From an uncultured Christensenella sp. (GTDB taxonomy: Bacteria > Bacillota > Clostridia > Christensenellales > Borkfalkiaceae), in assembly GCA_950064505.1 (NCBI GenBank), contig CATMBT010000003.1, positions 51,538 through 115,537 of the forward strand: a stretch of 64,000 bases of DNA, given 5' to 3'. Below the pieces are notes generated by a model, which saw nothing but the letters and a program-made list of their open reading frames with translations, was not told the origin of the DNA and did not search any database. The position numbers were made by a program, and so were the translations under genes. Of this stretch, positions 41,797 through 49,307 are shown in pieces (positions within the stretch are counted from its first letter, which is position 1; each line of letters begins with the position of its first letter).

Positions 41797-41825
41797 ATTA
41801 TAGAATTTAAATATATCAAAGTCAA
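41797..41825 (-). promoter_or_regulatory. sigma-A-type promoter for ilvC
   Basis: On the minus strand: TTGACT (41820-41825), a 17-nt spacer, then TATAAT (41797-41802). A GAGGAGGG RBS precedes the ATG. Confidence 0.65.
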
Positions 41826-41877
41826 GCATTATTACTTTATTTTTGAATATATTCAGAATATTTTTGTATAATTTTTT

Positions 41878-41892
41878 AATTTTCTGAATATT
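41878..41892. promoter_or_regulatory. CodY-box-like operator upstream of ilvC
   Basis: AATTTTCTGAATATT matches the CodY consensus AATTTTCWGAAAATT at 14 of 15 positions. A weaker copy (12/15) is at 41848-41862. Confidence 0.5.
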
Positions 41893-41942
41893 ACAGAGCT
41901 TAACAGCCAATTTATGCGCATAAATTATGCCTTGAAAAATAA

Positions 41943-43268
41943 TCAGTTGACAATATTTATCACGTCTTTGGCAACGTCGTAAATGTCGCCCGCGCCAAGG
42001 AACAGCACGGTATCCCCCGCCGCCGCGGTGCGCAAAAAATTTTCAATATCAGTTTCGCACTCCCCGTAGCACGCTCGCTTAATTCCACCTGCGAGAGTGA
42101 GCGCACTGCCCGCGTCGTCATAGTATTCACGCGCGGCAAACGTCTTGTAAACCATAAGCTTTCTGAGCGGGGATAACGCCGACACAAACTGCTTGAAAAA
42201 GCTTTTAGTTCTGCTGTATGTATGCGGCTGAAAAACCACATAGAGCTCCCCGTCGGTTATCAGACGCGCCGTTTTAAGCGCCGCCCTGATTTCCGTGGGG
42301 TGGTGAGCGTAATCGGCAATACACGTCGCCCCGTTATACTTGCCTATACGCTCAAACCGCCTCTCCACGCCCGTAAAACTTGCAAGCCCCTCGGCAATTT
42401 TCCCGAAAGGCATACCGCCGACGCGCGTAGCCGCTATTGCCGCGAGCGCATTCAGCACGTTATGCTTTCCGCAAACGGAAAGCGATACGCCGCCCAACCT
42501 TTTACCCCGTTCGTACGCCGTAAAACAATATGAGCCGTTGACGTTTCTCATATTCTTGGCGTAGTAGTCCGCTCTGTCGTCAAACCCGAAAGTTATCCCA
42601 TCGACCTCGTTTAAGTCGCCGTAGAGTTTTATTGTCTTGCCCGACTTTGCGGCAAACTCGACGTAAGCCCTGCGCAGGTTCTCCGCCGTACCGTAGCAGT
42701 CGAGATGATCGGCGTCGCTGTTTAAAATAACAGACACGTCCGGGTTAAGATACAGAAAATTCCTTTTATATTCGCAGGCTTCGGTTACAAATACGTCGTA
42801 TCCCTTTAAACAGCAGTTGGAAAGCGACGCGTCTTTACCCCCGATATGCGAGGCAAACGGTATTTGTGCGTGATCGAGAATATGGGCAATCATCGAAGTG
42901 CACGTGGTTTTGCCGTGACAGCCCGCCACCGCAACGGTACTCTTAAACAAACGGCTCACCTCTACCAGCAATCTGCCGCGAGAGATAAGCACGCGCCGCA
43001 TTCGCCGAGCCTGTATTATATAGGCGTTACTTTCGGGAAGCGCGTCCGTGTATACAATAACTTGACTGCCGCTCAGATCCGCACCGTAGTCCGACGTAAC
43101 CTCTATCCCCATAGACTTCAATTCGTCCGTATATTCCCCCTCGCACCTGTCATAGCCCGCAACGCGCTTGCCCGTTTTAAATAACAGCTTGGCAAGGGCG
43201 CTCATACTGACCCCGCCGATACCTAAAAAGAAAAAACTATCATAATCCGTCAGAATATTTTCAGCCAT
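41943..43268 (-). CDS. murC: UDP-N-acetylmuramate--L-alanine ligase
   Basis: 441 aa. FFLGIGGVSMSALA N-terminus and the Mur ligase ATP motif GCHGKTTCTS. Confidence 0.92.
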   Translation of the reverse strand: MAENILTDYDSFFFLGIGGVSMSALAKLLFKTGKRVAGYDRCEGEYTDELKSMGIEVTSDYGADLSGSQVIVYTDALPESNAYIIQARRMRRVLISRGRLLVEVSRLFKSTVAVAGCHGKTTCTSMIAHILDHAQIPFASHIGGKDASLSNCCLKGYDVFVTEACEYKRNFLYLNPDVSVILNSDADHLDCYGTAENLRRAYVEFAAKSGKTIKLYGDLNEVDGITFGFDDRADYYAKNMRNVNGSYCFTAYERGKRLGGVSLSVCGKHNVLNALAAIAATRVGGMPFGKIAEGLASFTGVERRFERIGKYNGATCIADYAHHPTEIRAALKTARLITDGELYVVFQPHTYSRTKSFFKQFVSALSPLRKLMVYKTFAAREYYDDAGSALTLAGGIKRACYGECETDIENFLRTAAAGDTVLFLGAGDIYDVAKDVINIVN

Positions 43269-43323
43269 AATAAATTTTATTATTTTACGACAAAAAATAT
43301 CACGGAATTTAACATTTTATATC

Positions 43324-43348
43324 AAAAAAGCGCCCGTTCAGGGCGCTT
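43324..43348 (-). terminator. intrinsic terminator after ftsZ
   Basis: Stem AAGCGCCC/GGGCGCTT with a 5-nt loop, followed on the minus RNA by a U-run. Confidence 0.8.
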
Positions 43349-43361
43349 AGATTATTTTAAA

Positions 43362-44669
43362 TTATTCTCCGTCGTTACGCCTGTTAAAGCGATGCAAAAG
43401 CTGAGCAAACTTAGGCACGGTTTTGTCCGAAGGACGCTCAACCTGAGGCGGTTCTTGCGCGGCAGGTCTTACAGTCGGCTGCTCGGCGGGTTGTACGTAC
43501 GGTTGCGACACAGGCTGCTGCGTTATCGGTTGCTGTTGGAAGGACGGATATCCGCGCGTAGGCTGCTGTAAAGGTTGCTGAGAAGCTACGCGTTGTTGCG
43601 GGTAATACGGCTCGTTCACCGACATTCTCTGCTGATTGTAAGCCTGCTGAGTGTACAGCTGACCGCTTGTGTAAGCGCGCTGTTGCTCCTCGCGCTGGGT
43701 ATTTTCATAACCGGGGAAGCCCGTGGCAATGACGGTTATTTCAACTTCGTCCTGCACGTTGGGGTCTATGCGCGCGCCGAAAATAATGTTAGCCGAAGCG
43801 TCGACTACGCTGCGCACAAGCTCCGCCGCGTCTGCAACCTCCGCAAAAGTAAGGTCATTGCCGCCGACAACGTTGAGGATAACGCCCTGCGCTCCCTCGA
43901 TAGTCGTTTCAAGCAGAGGGCAGTTTACGGCAACACGAACAGCCTCGATAATTCTGTTGTCGCCCTTGGCAACGCCGACGCCGAGGTGAGCAATGCCCCT
44001 GTCCTTCAAAATTGTCTTAACGTCCGCAAAGTCAAGATTGATGAGCGCGGGGTTGACAATAAGCTCAGCCAAGCCCTTTATACCCTGTTTGAGTATTTCG
44101 TCGGCAACCCTGAGCGCCTCTACCATAGTGGTATTTTTATCTACGACCGTCCTTATCTTGTCGTTAGGAATGACGATGAGCGTATCTACGTATTTTTTGA
44201 GATTGTCGAGACCCTTTACGGTGTTCTCCATTCTCTTCTTGCCCTCGAATGCAAACGGCTCGGTAACGACGGCAACCGTGAGTATTTTCATATCGCGGGC
44301 GATCTTAGCTATAACAGGAGCAGCGCCCGTACCCGTACCGCCACCCATACCCGCGGTGATAAACAACAGATCCGTGCCCTTGATTACCTCCGTAAGAACG
44401 TCCTTGCTCTCTTCCGCCGCCGCTCTGCCCACGTCGGGGTCTGCGCCTGCGCCCAAACCCTTAGTAAGCTGAGTGCCTATCTGTATTTTGTTTTCGCACG
44501 GAGAAAGGGCAAGTATCTGCGAGTCGGTATTGACGACAACGTACTCAGTGCAGGTTATGCGCGCCTCTATCATGCGGTTAATGGCATTGTTTCCCGCGCC
44601 GCCGACGCCGATGACCTTTATCCTTGCCTTACCCGAAATATTGGTATTTACCGTCGAATCATTGAACAT
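43362..44669 (-). CDS. ftsZ: cell division protein FtsZ
   Basis: GVGGAGNNAI and GGGTGTGAAP tubulin signature, then a Q/P-rich C-terminal linker. The start is trimmed to the ATG at 44669 (MFNDS...), preceded by GGAGG. The track ORF extension overlaps ftsA. Confidence 0.97.
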   Translation of the reverse strand: MFNDSTVNTNISGKARIKVIGVGGAGNNAINRMIEARITCTEYVVVNTDSQILALSPCENKIQIGTQLTKGLGAGADPDVGRAAAEESKDVLTEVIKGTDLLFITAGMGGGTGTGAAPVIAKIARDMKILTVAVVTEPFAFEGKKRMENTVKGLDNLKKYVDTLIVIPNDKIRTVVDKNTTMVEALRVADEILKQGIKGLAELIVNPALINLDFADVKTILKDRGIAHLGVGVAKGDNRIIEAVRVAVNCPLLETTIEGAQGVILNVVGGNDLTFAEVADAAELVRSVVDASANIIFGARIDPNVQDEVEITVIATGFPGYENTQREEQQRAYTSGQLYTQQAYNQQRMSVNEPYYPQQRVASQQPLQQPTRGYPSFQQQPITQQPVSQPYVQPAEQPTVRPAAQEPPQVERPSDKTVPKFAQLLHRFNRRNDGE

Positions 44670-44697
44670 AATGTATTCCTCCGAAATTGTAGAAAAT

Positions 44698-45822
44698 TTA
44701 TTGAGCCGCGTCGCCCAAAGAGGCGGACAAAAGGCTGAAAAGAGAAGAGAACCGAGGTTTGTCGTAATACGGGACTTTCGGCGCAATCACCTCCACGGGC
44801 GTTACCAACCGTGAAGAGAAATGCTCTATCGTACCACGGATAATTCCTACGCCCTCTCCCGTAACGTATATCGGCGCGCCCGTCAAATCTTTGGGAGCAA
44901 ACGCCTGTATGCACGTTTCTATCATTGCGCACACGCCGTCGAGCCCTTCCCGCACAAGTTCGCGTAGCTCCGACGGGGAAAAGTTATAAATTTCGCCGCA
45001 GAGATTATACTCTTCCTTGACTGAAATCCCGTCGCGTGCATTTAAGTTTATCAGCTTTATCAGTTCCGAAGCCGCTTCATACGGTATGTCGAGCGCTTCC
45101 ATAAGCAACACCGCAATATGTCCGACGCCAACCGAAAACGCTTCGCTGAACGCTATTCCGTCGCCGCAGACAACACTGAACGTCGATGAAATAAAGCCGA
45201 AATCAAACAGAATTTTATACCCGTCTCTGTCGTCCTGTCCGAAGAGATACAGTCCCTCGGCATAGTTCTGCGACAACCAGTTATAAGTTCTTATCGACGG
45301 GAATTGCGACAATGCGCGCTCAACCGTATCGGCAAACGACGATTTACATAAGAAAAAGCTGTATCGCGCCCGCAAACTGTCGCTCACCGTTCCTATCGGA
45401 TTGAGAAGCCTACGCTTGTCCGATAAGACGTAATAAAGCGCGCCTTGCCCTATAATTTTTTTATCATCTTTACAGGCGGGTAAAGAGCTTGAGGTTAAAT
45501 TTCTTATATGGCGCGGGCTGATTTTCTGTGCGGACTGAAAGCTTATGACCTTGTCCGTCTGCACGGTTTCGATAAACTCGCACGGAACGCCGATATAAAT
45601 GCTTCTCACGGACGTGTCGGCAGAATTTAAAATACCCGAAACAACCTCGCGGACGGCGGCGATAAAATCGTTTACGTCGAGCAACTCGCCCTCCGCATAC
45701 CCCTCGTAAGGCTGCGAATATTTACTTTTGATAATAAAAGTATTGTTTACGCCTCTTTCGGCTATCACAGCACATATTTCCGAGGAACGTATATCAAGTA
45801 CCGCTACGCTTTTATTCCGCAC
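44698..45822 (-). CDS. ftsA: cell division protein FtsA (divergent, GTG start)
   Basis: 374 aa. Actin-like ATPase N-terminus (VAVLDIRSSEICAVIAE), a position immediately upstream of ftsZ, and a C-terminal amphipathic segment FSSLFSLLSASL. The start codon is GTG. Confidence 0.8.
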   Translation of the reverse strand: MRNKSVAVLDIRSSEICAVIAERGVNNTFIIKSKYSQPYEGYAEGELLDVNDFIAAVREVVSGILNSADTSVRSIYIGVPCEFIETVQTDKVISFQSAQKISPRHIRNLTSSSLPACKDDKKIIGQGALYYVLSDKRRLLNPIGTVSDSLRARYSFFLCKSSFADTVERALSQFPSIRTYNWLSQNYAEGLYLFGQDDRDGYKILFDFGFISSTFSVVCGDGIAFSEAFSVGVGHIAVLLMEALDIPYEAASELIKLINLNARDGISVKEEYNLCGEIYNFSPSELRELVREGLDGVCAMIETCIQAFAPKDLTGAPIYVTGEGVGIIRGTIEHFSSRLVTPVEVIAPKVPYYDKPRFSSLFSLLSASLGDAAQ

Positions 45823-45872
45823 TTATACTCACCGCCAGCCAATCGTAAGAATGGTTTTTTTACCTGTCTTTT

Positions 45873-45902
45873 ATTATATAATAGTGAATAGATATTTGTC
45901 AA
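45873..45902 (-). promoter_or_regulatory. sigma-A-type promoter for ftsA-ftsZ
   Basis: On the minus strand: TTGACA (45897-45902), an 18-nt spacer, then TATAAT (45873-45878). A second TTGACA lies at 45930-45935. Confidence 0.65.
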
Positions 45903-45988
45903 GGTAATAAGCAAAAAAAATTGTTAATTTGTCAAGCGTTTGCGAGTAGTTTTTTAGAATTTTTTTAGAATTTTTCTATAAGACTACT

Positions 45989-46014
45989 AAAAACACCTCT
46001 TGAAGAAGTGTTTT
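45989..46014 (-). terminator. terminator-like hairpin after the 226-aa orphan ORF
   Basis: On the minus RNA: AAAACACUUC-UUCAA-GAGGUGUUUU (10 bp, one G.U) ending in a U5 run. The trailing U-tract is otherwise weak. Confidence 0.4.
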
Positions 46015-46028
46015 CGTGAGTTATCATA

Positions 46029-46709
46029 TCAAATTGTTGGAGAAAAGTCAAGCAAATAGACCTTCAAGGCATAACAAAGCCGTCCTCTAACAAAGAGAAC
46101 TTCTTCATAGATATTTGAGAGGTTATCGCTCATTCCCTCTCTTCTCGTCAAAGGGCTACCGTCATAATCGTACCCATAATTTTCCTTGAACATTTCAAGG
46201 AAGTCATTCGTGCCGTTATATGAGCCGGCGTCCGTCCTTCCTCCTTGGGTCTCGGTTTCCGTAGCAAGCGGAGCCGGATTGCTCGTAGGTTGTTGAATCG
46301 GGGGTTGCGGATTGCCCTTCGTTAATTGAAGGTACTTATCGAGCGGATTTGAAGAAGCGGTTGTTCCGCTCGGCTTGCTCGGAAGAATCGTAGGCATTTT
46401 TTCGAGGTTGCCGGAATTACCTCCAATGATTACCCCTCCTTTTGTTACACCGCCGGGAACGCCACCGCCTCCGATGACTCCGACCTTTGAACTATCGAGC
46501 ATACCTTTTCTTATTGCCGAATTGTCAAAACTCGGTATCTTCCCAATGGAGGGATTCATAGCGGAAGCGTAATTGTTAAGCGAAGGCAATTTAGGAGAAA
46601 CGCCCACCGCCGAAGTGGAGGCTTTCTTGGAATTGAGTGCTTGGATATACTCCGCTTGGCTCGAATATCCGAGTTGTTTCCACAAAGGAATTAAAGTGTT
46701 ATTGCTCAT
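46029..46709 (-). CDS. hypothetical protein with Gly-rich and Pro/Gln-rich low-complexity segments
   Basis: 226 aa. GGAGG lies 6 nt upstream of the ATG. The start overlaps the stop of the upstream small ORF by 11 nt. I recognise no family motifs. Codon choice looks different from neighbouring core genes. Confidence 0.5.
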   Translation of the reverse strand: MSNNTLIPLWKQLGYSSQAEYIQALNSKKASTSAVGVSPKLPSLNNYASAMNPSIGKIPSFDNSAIRKGMLDSSKVGVIGGGGVPGGVTKGGVIIGGNSGNLEKMPTILPSKPSGTTASSNPLDKYLQLTKGNPQPPIQQPTSNPAPLATETETQGGRTDAGSYNGTNDFLEMFKENYGYDYDGSPLTRREGMSDNLSNIYEEVLFVRGRLCYALKVYLLDFSPTI

Positions 46710-46926
46710 CTTCGACCTCCGTCTTTACTTCCTCTTTGGGAAGCGATTGAATGTAGTTATGGAACATTTCGAGGTTGTTTGTTTTGTTGACTATCCTCGT
46801 CCGATATTCCCCGGTTACAAACATAAAAGAGTTATACATTTTAATACAACCCATAATGAGGAAAATTGCCACTTGCAAGCCATTCCAAATCAAGGTCGCA
46901 TAATTGAAGTCTTGTATAAGTCTCAC
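46699..46926 (-). CDS. small hypothetical membrane protein (one TM helix, acidic tail); start unresolved, possibly frameshifted
   Basis: 75-aa ORF with a GTG start and no RBS. TM segment ATLIWNGLQVAIFLIMGCI. A strong GGAGGTG RBS plus ATG at 46957 is in a frame shifted by 1 nt (see findings). Confidence 0.35.
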   Translation of the reverse strand: MRLIQDFNYATLIWNGLQVAIFLIMGCIKMYNSFMFVTGEYRTRIVNKTNNLEMFHNYIQSLPKEEVKTEVEDEQ

Positions 46927-46980
46927 GCCGTAATACTTCGTTACGCTCTTTCGCCATTCCTAACACCTCCTTTTGAAAAT

Positions 46981-47013
46981 AAAAAAATGGGCTTGCCCTT
47001 CAAAGGCAAACCC
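46981..47013 (-). terminator. intrinsic terminator T3 (third of three in tandem)
   Basis: On the minus RNA: GGGUUUGCC-loop-GGCAAGCCC (one U.G wobble) followed by AUUUUUUU. Confidence 0.65.
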
Positions 47014-47043
47014 AAGCCATATTAAATTGAGATTATGGATAAT

Positions 47044-47077
47044 AAAAAATAGGCTTGCTTTTGAATTGCAAACCTAT
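47044..47077 (-). terminator. intrinsic terminator T2
   Basis: On the minus RNA: UAGGUUUGC-loop-GCAAGCCUA (one U.G wobble) followed by UUUUUU. It shares the GGTTTGC/GCAAGCC arms with T3. Confidence 0.65.
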
Positions 47078-47095
47078 CTTATAACAACAATAAGC

Positions 47096-47131
47096 AAAAA
47101 AAATACGACCCAATTTTTAAATTGAGCCGTA
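47096..47131 (-). terminator. intrinsic terminator T1 after ftsQ
   Basis: On the minus RNA: a 12-bp stem UACGGCUCAAUU/AAUUGGGUCGUA (two G.U wobbles), a 4-nt loop, then U8. Confidence 0.75.
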
Positions 47132-47160
47132 CATATTGCCTAATTAACGTATTTTTTCAA

Positions 47161-47901
47161 TTAAGCGGTGTATTTTGCCGTCGGCGCGGAGTTCTCTCTG
47201 CCGTTTATAACGCTTATCGTACCAGCCGTGCGCTGAACGTCGCTTAATCCCTCGTGCTCGTCGCGGGCGGCTTTTATCTTGCGCACGGAGTCGACCGTCC
47301 ACTCGCTGAGGGATACGGTAATGCCGCTACGCAATTTGATAACGAGCATTTCGAGCTCTAGATATTTTTTTACAGACACGCTATCGACTATTCTGCGCAG
47401 ACCGCCGAAGCTGTCTTTGAAATATCCGCAAACGGCGGCGACAGCCTCGATCTTTTCGGCGGTAGCCTCTACGATCACGTCGGGACAGCCGTCCAAAGCG
47501 TTCATCGGCGCGCTTTCGTCGGCGGTACTCTTAATCAGCTTGCCTGCGTCGTCATAGACGTCATATCCCGCCTCTGTCTTTACCGCAAAACACTCCACAC
47601 GCTCCCGCACGATAATGTTAACAGTACACGGCATCTTCTTTTCATAGCTCTCGATAGCAAGCAACTGCGGGTCGCTCACCTTGCCGTAGACGTCGTCCCC
47701 GTTAATAAACAGCAAGCCCGAGCCTTTAAGCTTATTCAGATTTGCCCGCGTTTTGGCGTACGCCTCGTCGCACGCGTCCGAATAGCTTATAAAAGTAACG
47801 TTTACGTTGCGCACGGAAAATATTACGCCCGTGCCTATTACAAGCGCTATTAAAAATATCAACGCAAGTCCCGTTGCCATTACCTTTCTTATGTATTTCA
47901 T
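47161..47901 (-). CDS. ftsQ: cell division protein FtsQ/DivIB-like
   Basis: 246 aa. Short N-terminus plus a single TM helix (GLALIFLIALVIGTGVIF), then a POTRA-like start (VRNVNVTF). Its position is typical for a dcw cluster. Confidence 0.7.
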   Translation of the reverse strand: MKYIRKVMATGLALIFLIALVIGTGVIFSVRNVNVTFISYSDACDEAYAKTRANLNKLKGSGLLFINGDDVYGKVSDPQLLAIESYEKKMPCTVNIIVRERVECFAVKTEAGYDVYDDAGKLIKSTADESAPMNALDGCPDVIVEATAEKIEAVAAVCGYFKDSFGGLRRIVDSVSVKKYLELEMLVIKLRSGITVSLSEWTVDSVRKIKAARDEHEGLSDVQRTAGTISVINGRENSAPTAKYTA

Positions 47902-47910
47902 ATCCGTACT

Positions 47911-49167
47911 TCACACGGCTACGCGAACGATATCTCCTCCGATAGCCCTAAGCTTATATTCAAAATCCGAATATCCCCTGTCTATATGGGATATATCGAG
48001 AATTTCACTCTTTCCCTCAGCCGCGAGCGCCGCAATGACCAACGCCGCGCCGCCGCGCAAATCGTGCGCGATAACCTCCGCGCCTTTCAGCTTTTCCACG
48101 CCGTGCACGAAAGCGTTTCTGTCGATTACCGTAATATCCGCGCCCATTTTTTTCAGTTCGGGAACGTACTTGAACCGTGTTTCGAACAAGTTCTCGGTAA
48201 CGATAGAATTTCCGCGGCACACGCAACAGAGCGCCGTCATCTGCGCCTGTAAGTCGGTGGGAAACCCGGGGTAGGGTTGCGTTTCTATACTCTTCACCGA
48301 ACAGGGGCGCTTATCGCACCGCAAAGTTATTTTATCATCTTTTACCCGTATTTTGCAACCGTTTTCGCGAAGTTTATGTAAAAGAGAGCTCAACAATTCC
48401 GCGTTTACGCCGTTCAACTGTATCTCTCCGCCGCACATAGCCGTGCAAATAAGAAAAGTCCCCGCCTCTATCCTGTCGCAAATGGGCAGATACTCGCCGC
48501 CGCCCAGCTTATCCACGCCGTGTATAATCACCGTCCCGCTGCCCGCGCCGCTCACCTTAGCGCCTATGGTATTCAGAAATTTCTGCAAATCCTCGATTTC
48601 GGGCTCGCGCGCGGCGTTCTTTATTACCGTCGTACCCTCCGCCTTTACTGCGGCGAGCATTATATTTTCGGTCGCCCCAACGCTCGGACAGTCCAACATT
48701 ATTTCGTCGCCCGTAAGTTTATCGCACTCGCACGATATATAGCCGTTAGCTTCGGTAATCCTGACGCCCAGCTTCTTCAAACCCGTAAGATGCAAATCGA
48801 CGGGGCGCAGTCCAATGTCGCAACCGCCGGGGTAGGCGATTTTAGCTCTGCGAAACCTCGATATGACCGACCCCAGAAGAAAGACAGACGACCGCAATTC
48901 CCTTGCGAGCACGCTGGGTATTTTGTAACAGTCCGCATAGGAAGCGTCTATAATCACGTCGTTCCTGACAAACGTGCAACGGCAACCGAGACAACCGAGA
49001 ATTTTGACCATATTATGCACGTCCGTAATCGACGGCACGTTGCGGATAACAATCTTTTCATCAGTTAAAACGCTTGCCGCCAATATGGGAAGTACCGAAT
49101 TTTTTGCCGCCTGAACGTTCACCGAACCGAACAGTGCGTTACCGCCGTTGACAATGTACTTATCCAT
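47911..49167 (-). CDS. murA: UDP-N-acetylglucosamine 1-carboxyvinyltransferase
   Basis: 418 aa. N-terminus VNGGNALFGSVNVQAAKNSVLPILAASVL and active-site Cys loop PGGCDIGLRPVDLH. Confidence 0.95.
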   Translation of the reverse strand: MDKYIVNGGNALFGSVNVQAAKNSVLPILAASVLTDEKIVIRNVPSITDVHNMVKILGCLGCRCTFVRNDVIIDASYADCYKIPSVLARELRSSVFLLGSVISRFRRAKIAYPGGCDIGLRPVDLHLTGLKKLGVRITEANGYISCECDKLTGDEIMLDCPSVGATENIMLAAVKAEGTTVIKNAAREPEIEDLQKFLNTIGAKVSGAGSGTVIIHGVDKLGGGEYLPICDRIEAGTFLICTAMCGGEIQLNGVNAELLSSLLHKLRENGCKIRVKDDKITLRCDKRPCSVKSIETQPYPGFPTDLQAQMTALCCVCRGNSIVTENLFETRFKYVPELKKMGADITVIDRNAFVHGVEKLKGAEVIAHDLRGGAALVIAALAAEGKSEILDISHIDRGYSDFEYKLRAIGGDIVRVAV

Positions 49168-49196
49168 AACAACTCCCTGTATGTAAATAATAAAGA

Positions 49197-49246
49197 GCCC
49201 GCGAACGGAAACGGACGGACCACCCCTCCGTATCCTTTTCGCGCGC
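49197..49246 (-). promoter_or_regulatory. GC-rich terminator-like hairpin in the murA leader (attenuator candidate, or ftsW terminator)
   Basis: On the minus RNA: outer stem GCGCGCGAA/UUCGCGGGC enclosing GGA(UA)CGGA/UCCGUCC. UCUUUAUUAUUU follows, then AGGGAG and the murA ATG about 25 nt later. Confidence 0.5.
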
Positions 49247-49307
49247 CGTGTCGGATAACGCGTATGTACTGAATGAAATTACACTATCCGCGTGGTTATC
49301 CTACTTT

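Noticed and set aside
43575-44738. 387-aa ORF on the plus strand
   Set aside because: It is entirely antisense to ftsZ, whose product has unmistakable tubulin-signature motifs. It has no RBS, and its product is low-complexity and Arg/Leu-rich, typical of a shadow ORF in GC-biased coding DNA.
44670-44786. 39-codon N-terminal extension of the ftsZ ORF
   Set aside because: It overlaps the ftsA 3' end. GGAGG lies directly upstream of the internal ATG at 44669, and FtsZ homologues start close to the GVGGAGNNA motif.
46573-47025. 150-aa plus-strand ORF across the orphan cassette and terminator T3
   Set aside because: It has no RBS. It runs antisense to the two coupled minus-strand ORFs and through a terminator hairpin. 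The G.U pattern of the hairpins indicates that the minus-strand transcript is the functional one.
45823-47160. Possible mobile element or prophage remnant between ftsQ and ftsA
   Set aside because: I found no integrase, transposase or recombinase ORF, no terminal inverted repeats, no flanking direct repeats, and no tRNA attachment site. I therefore report it only as an atypical cassette, not as a mobile element.
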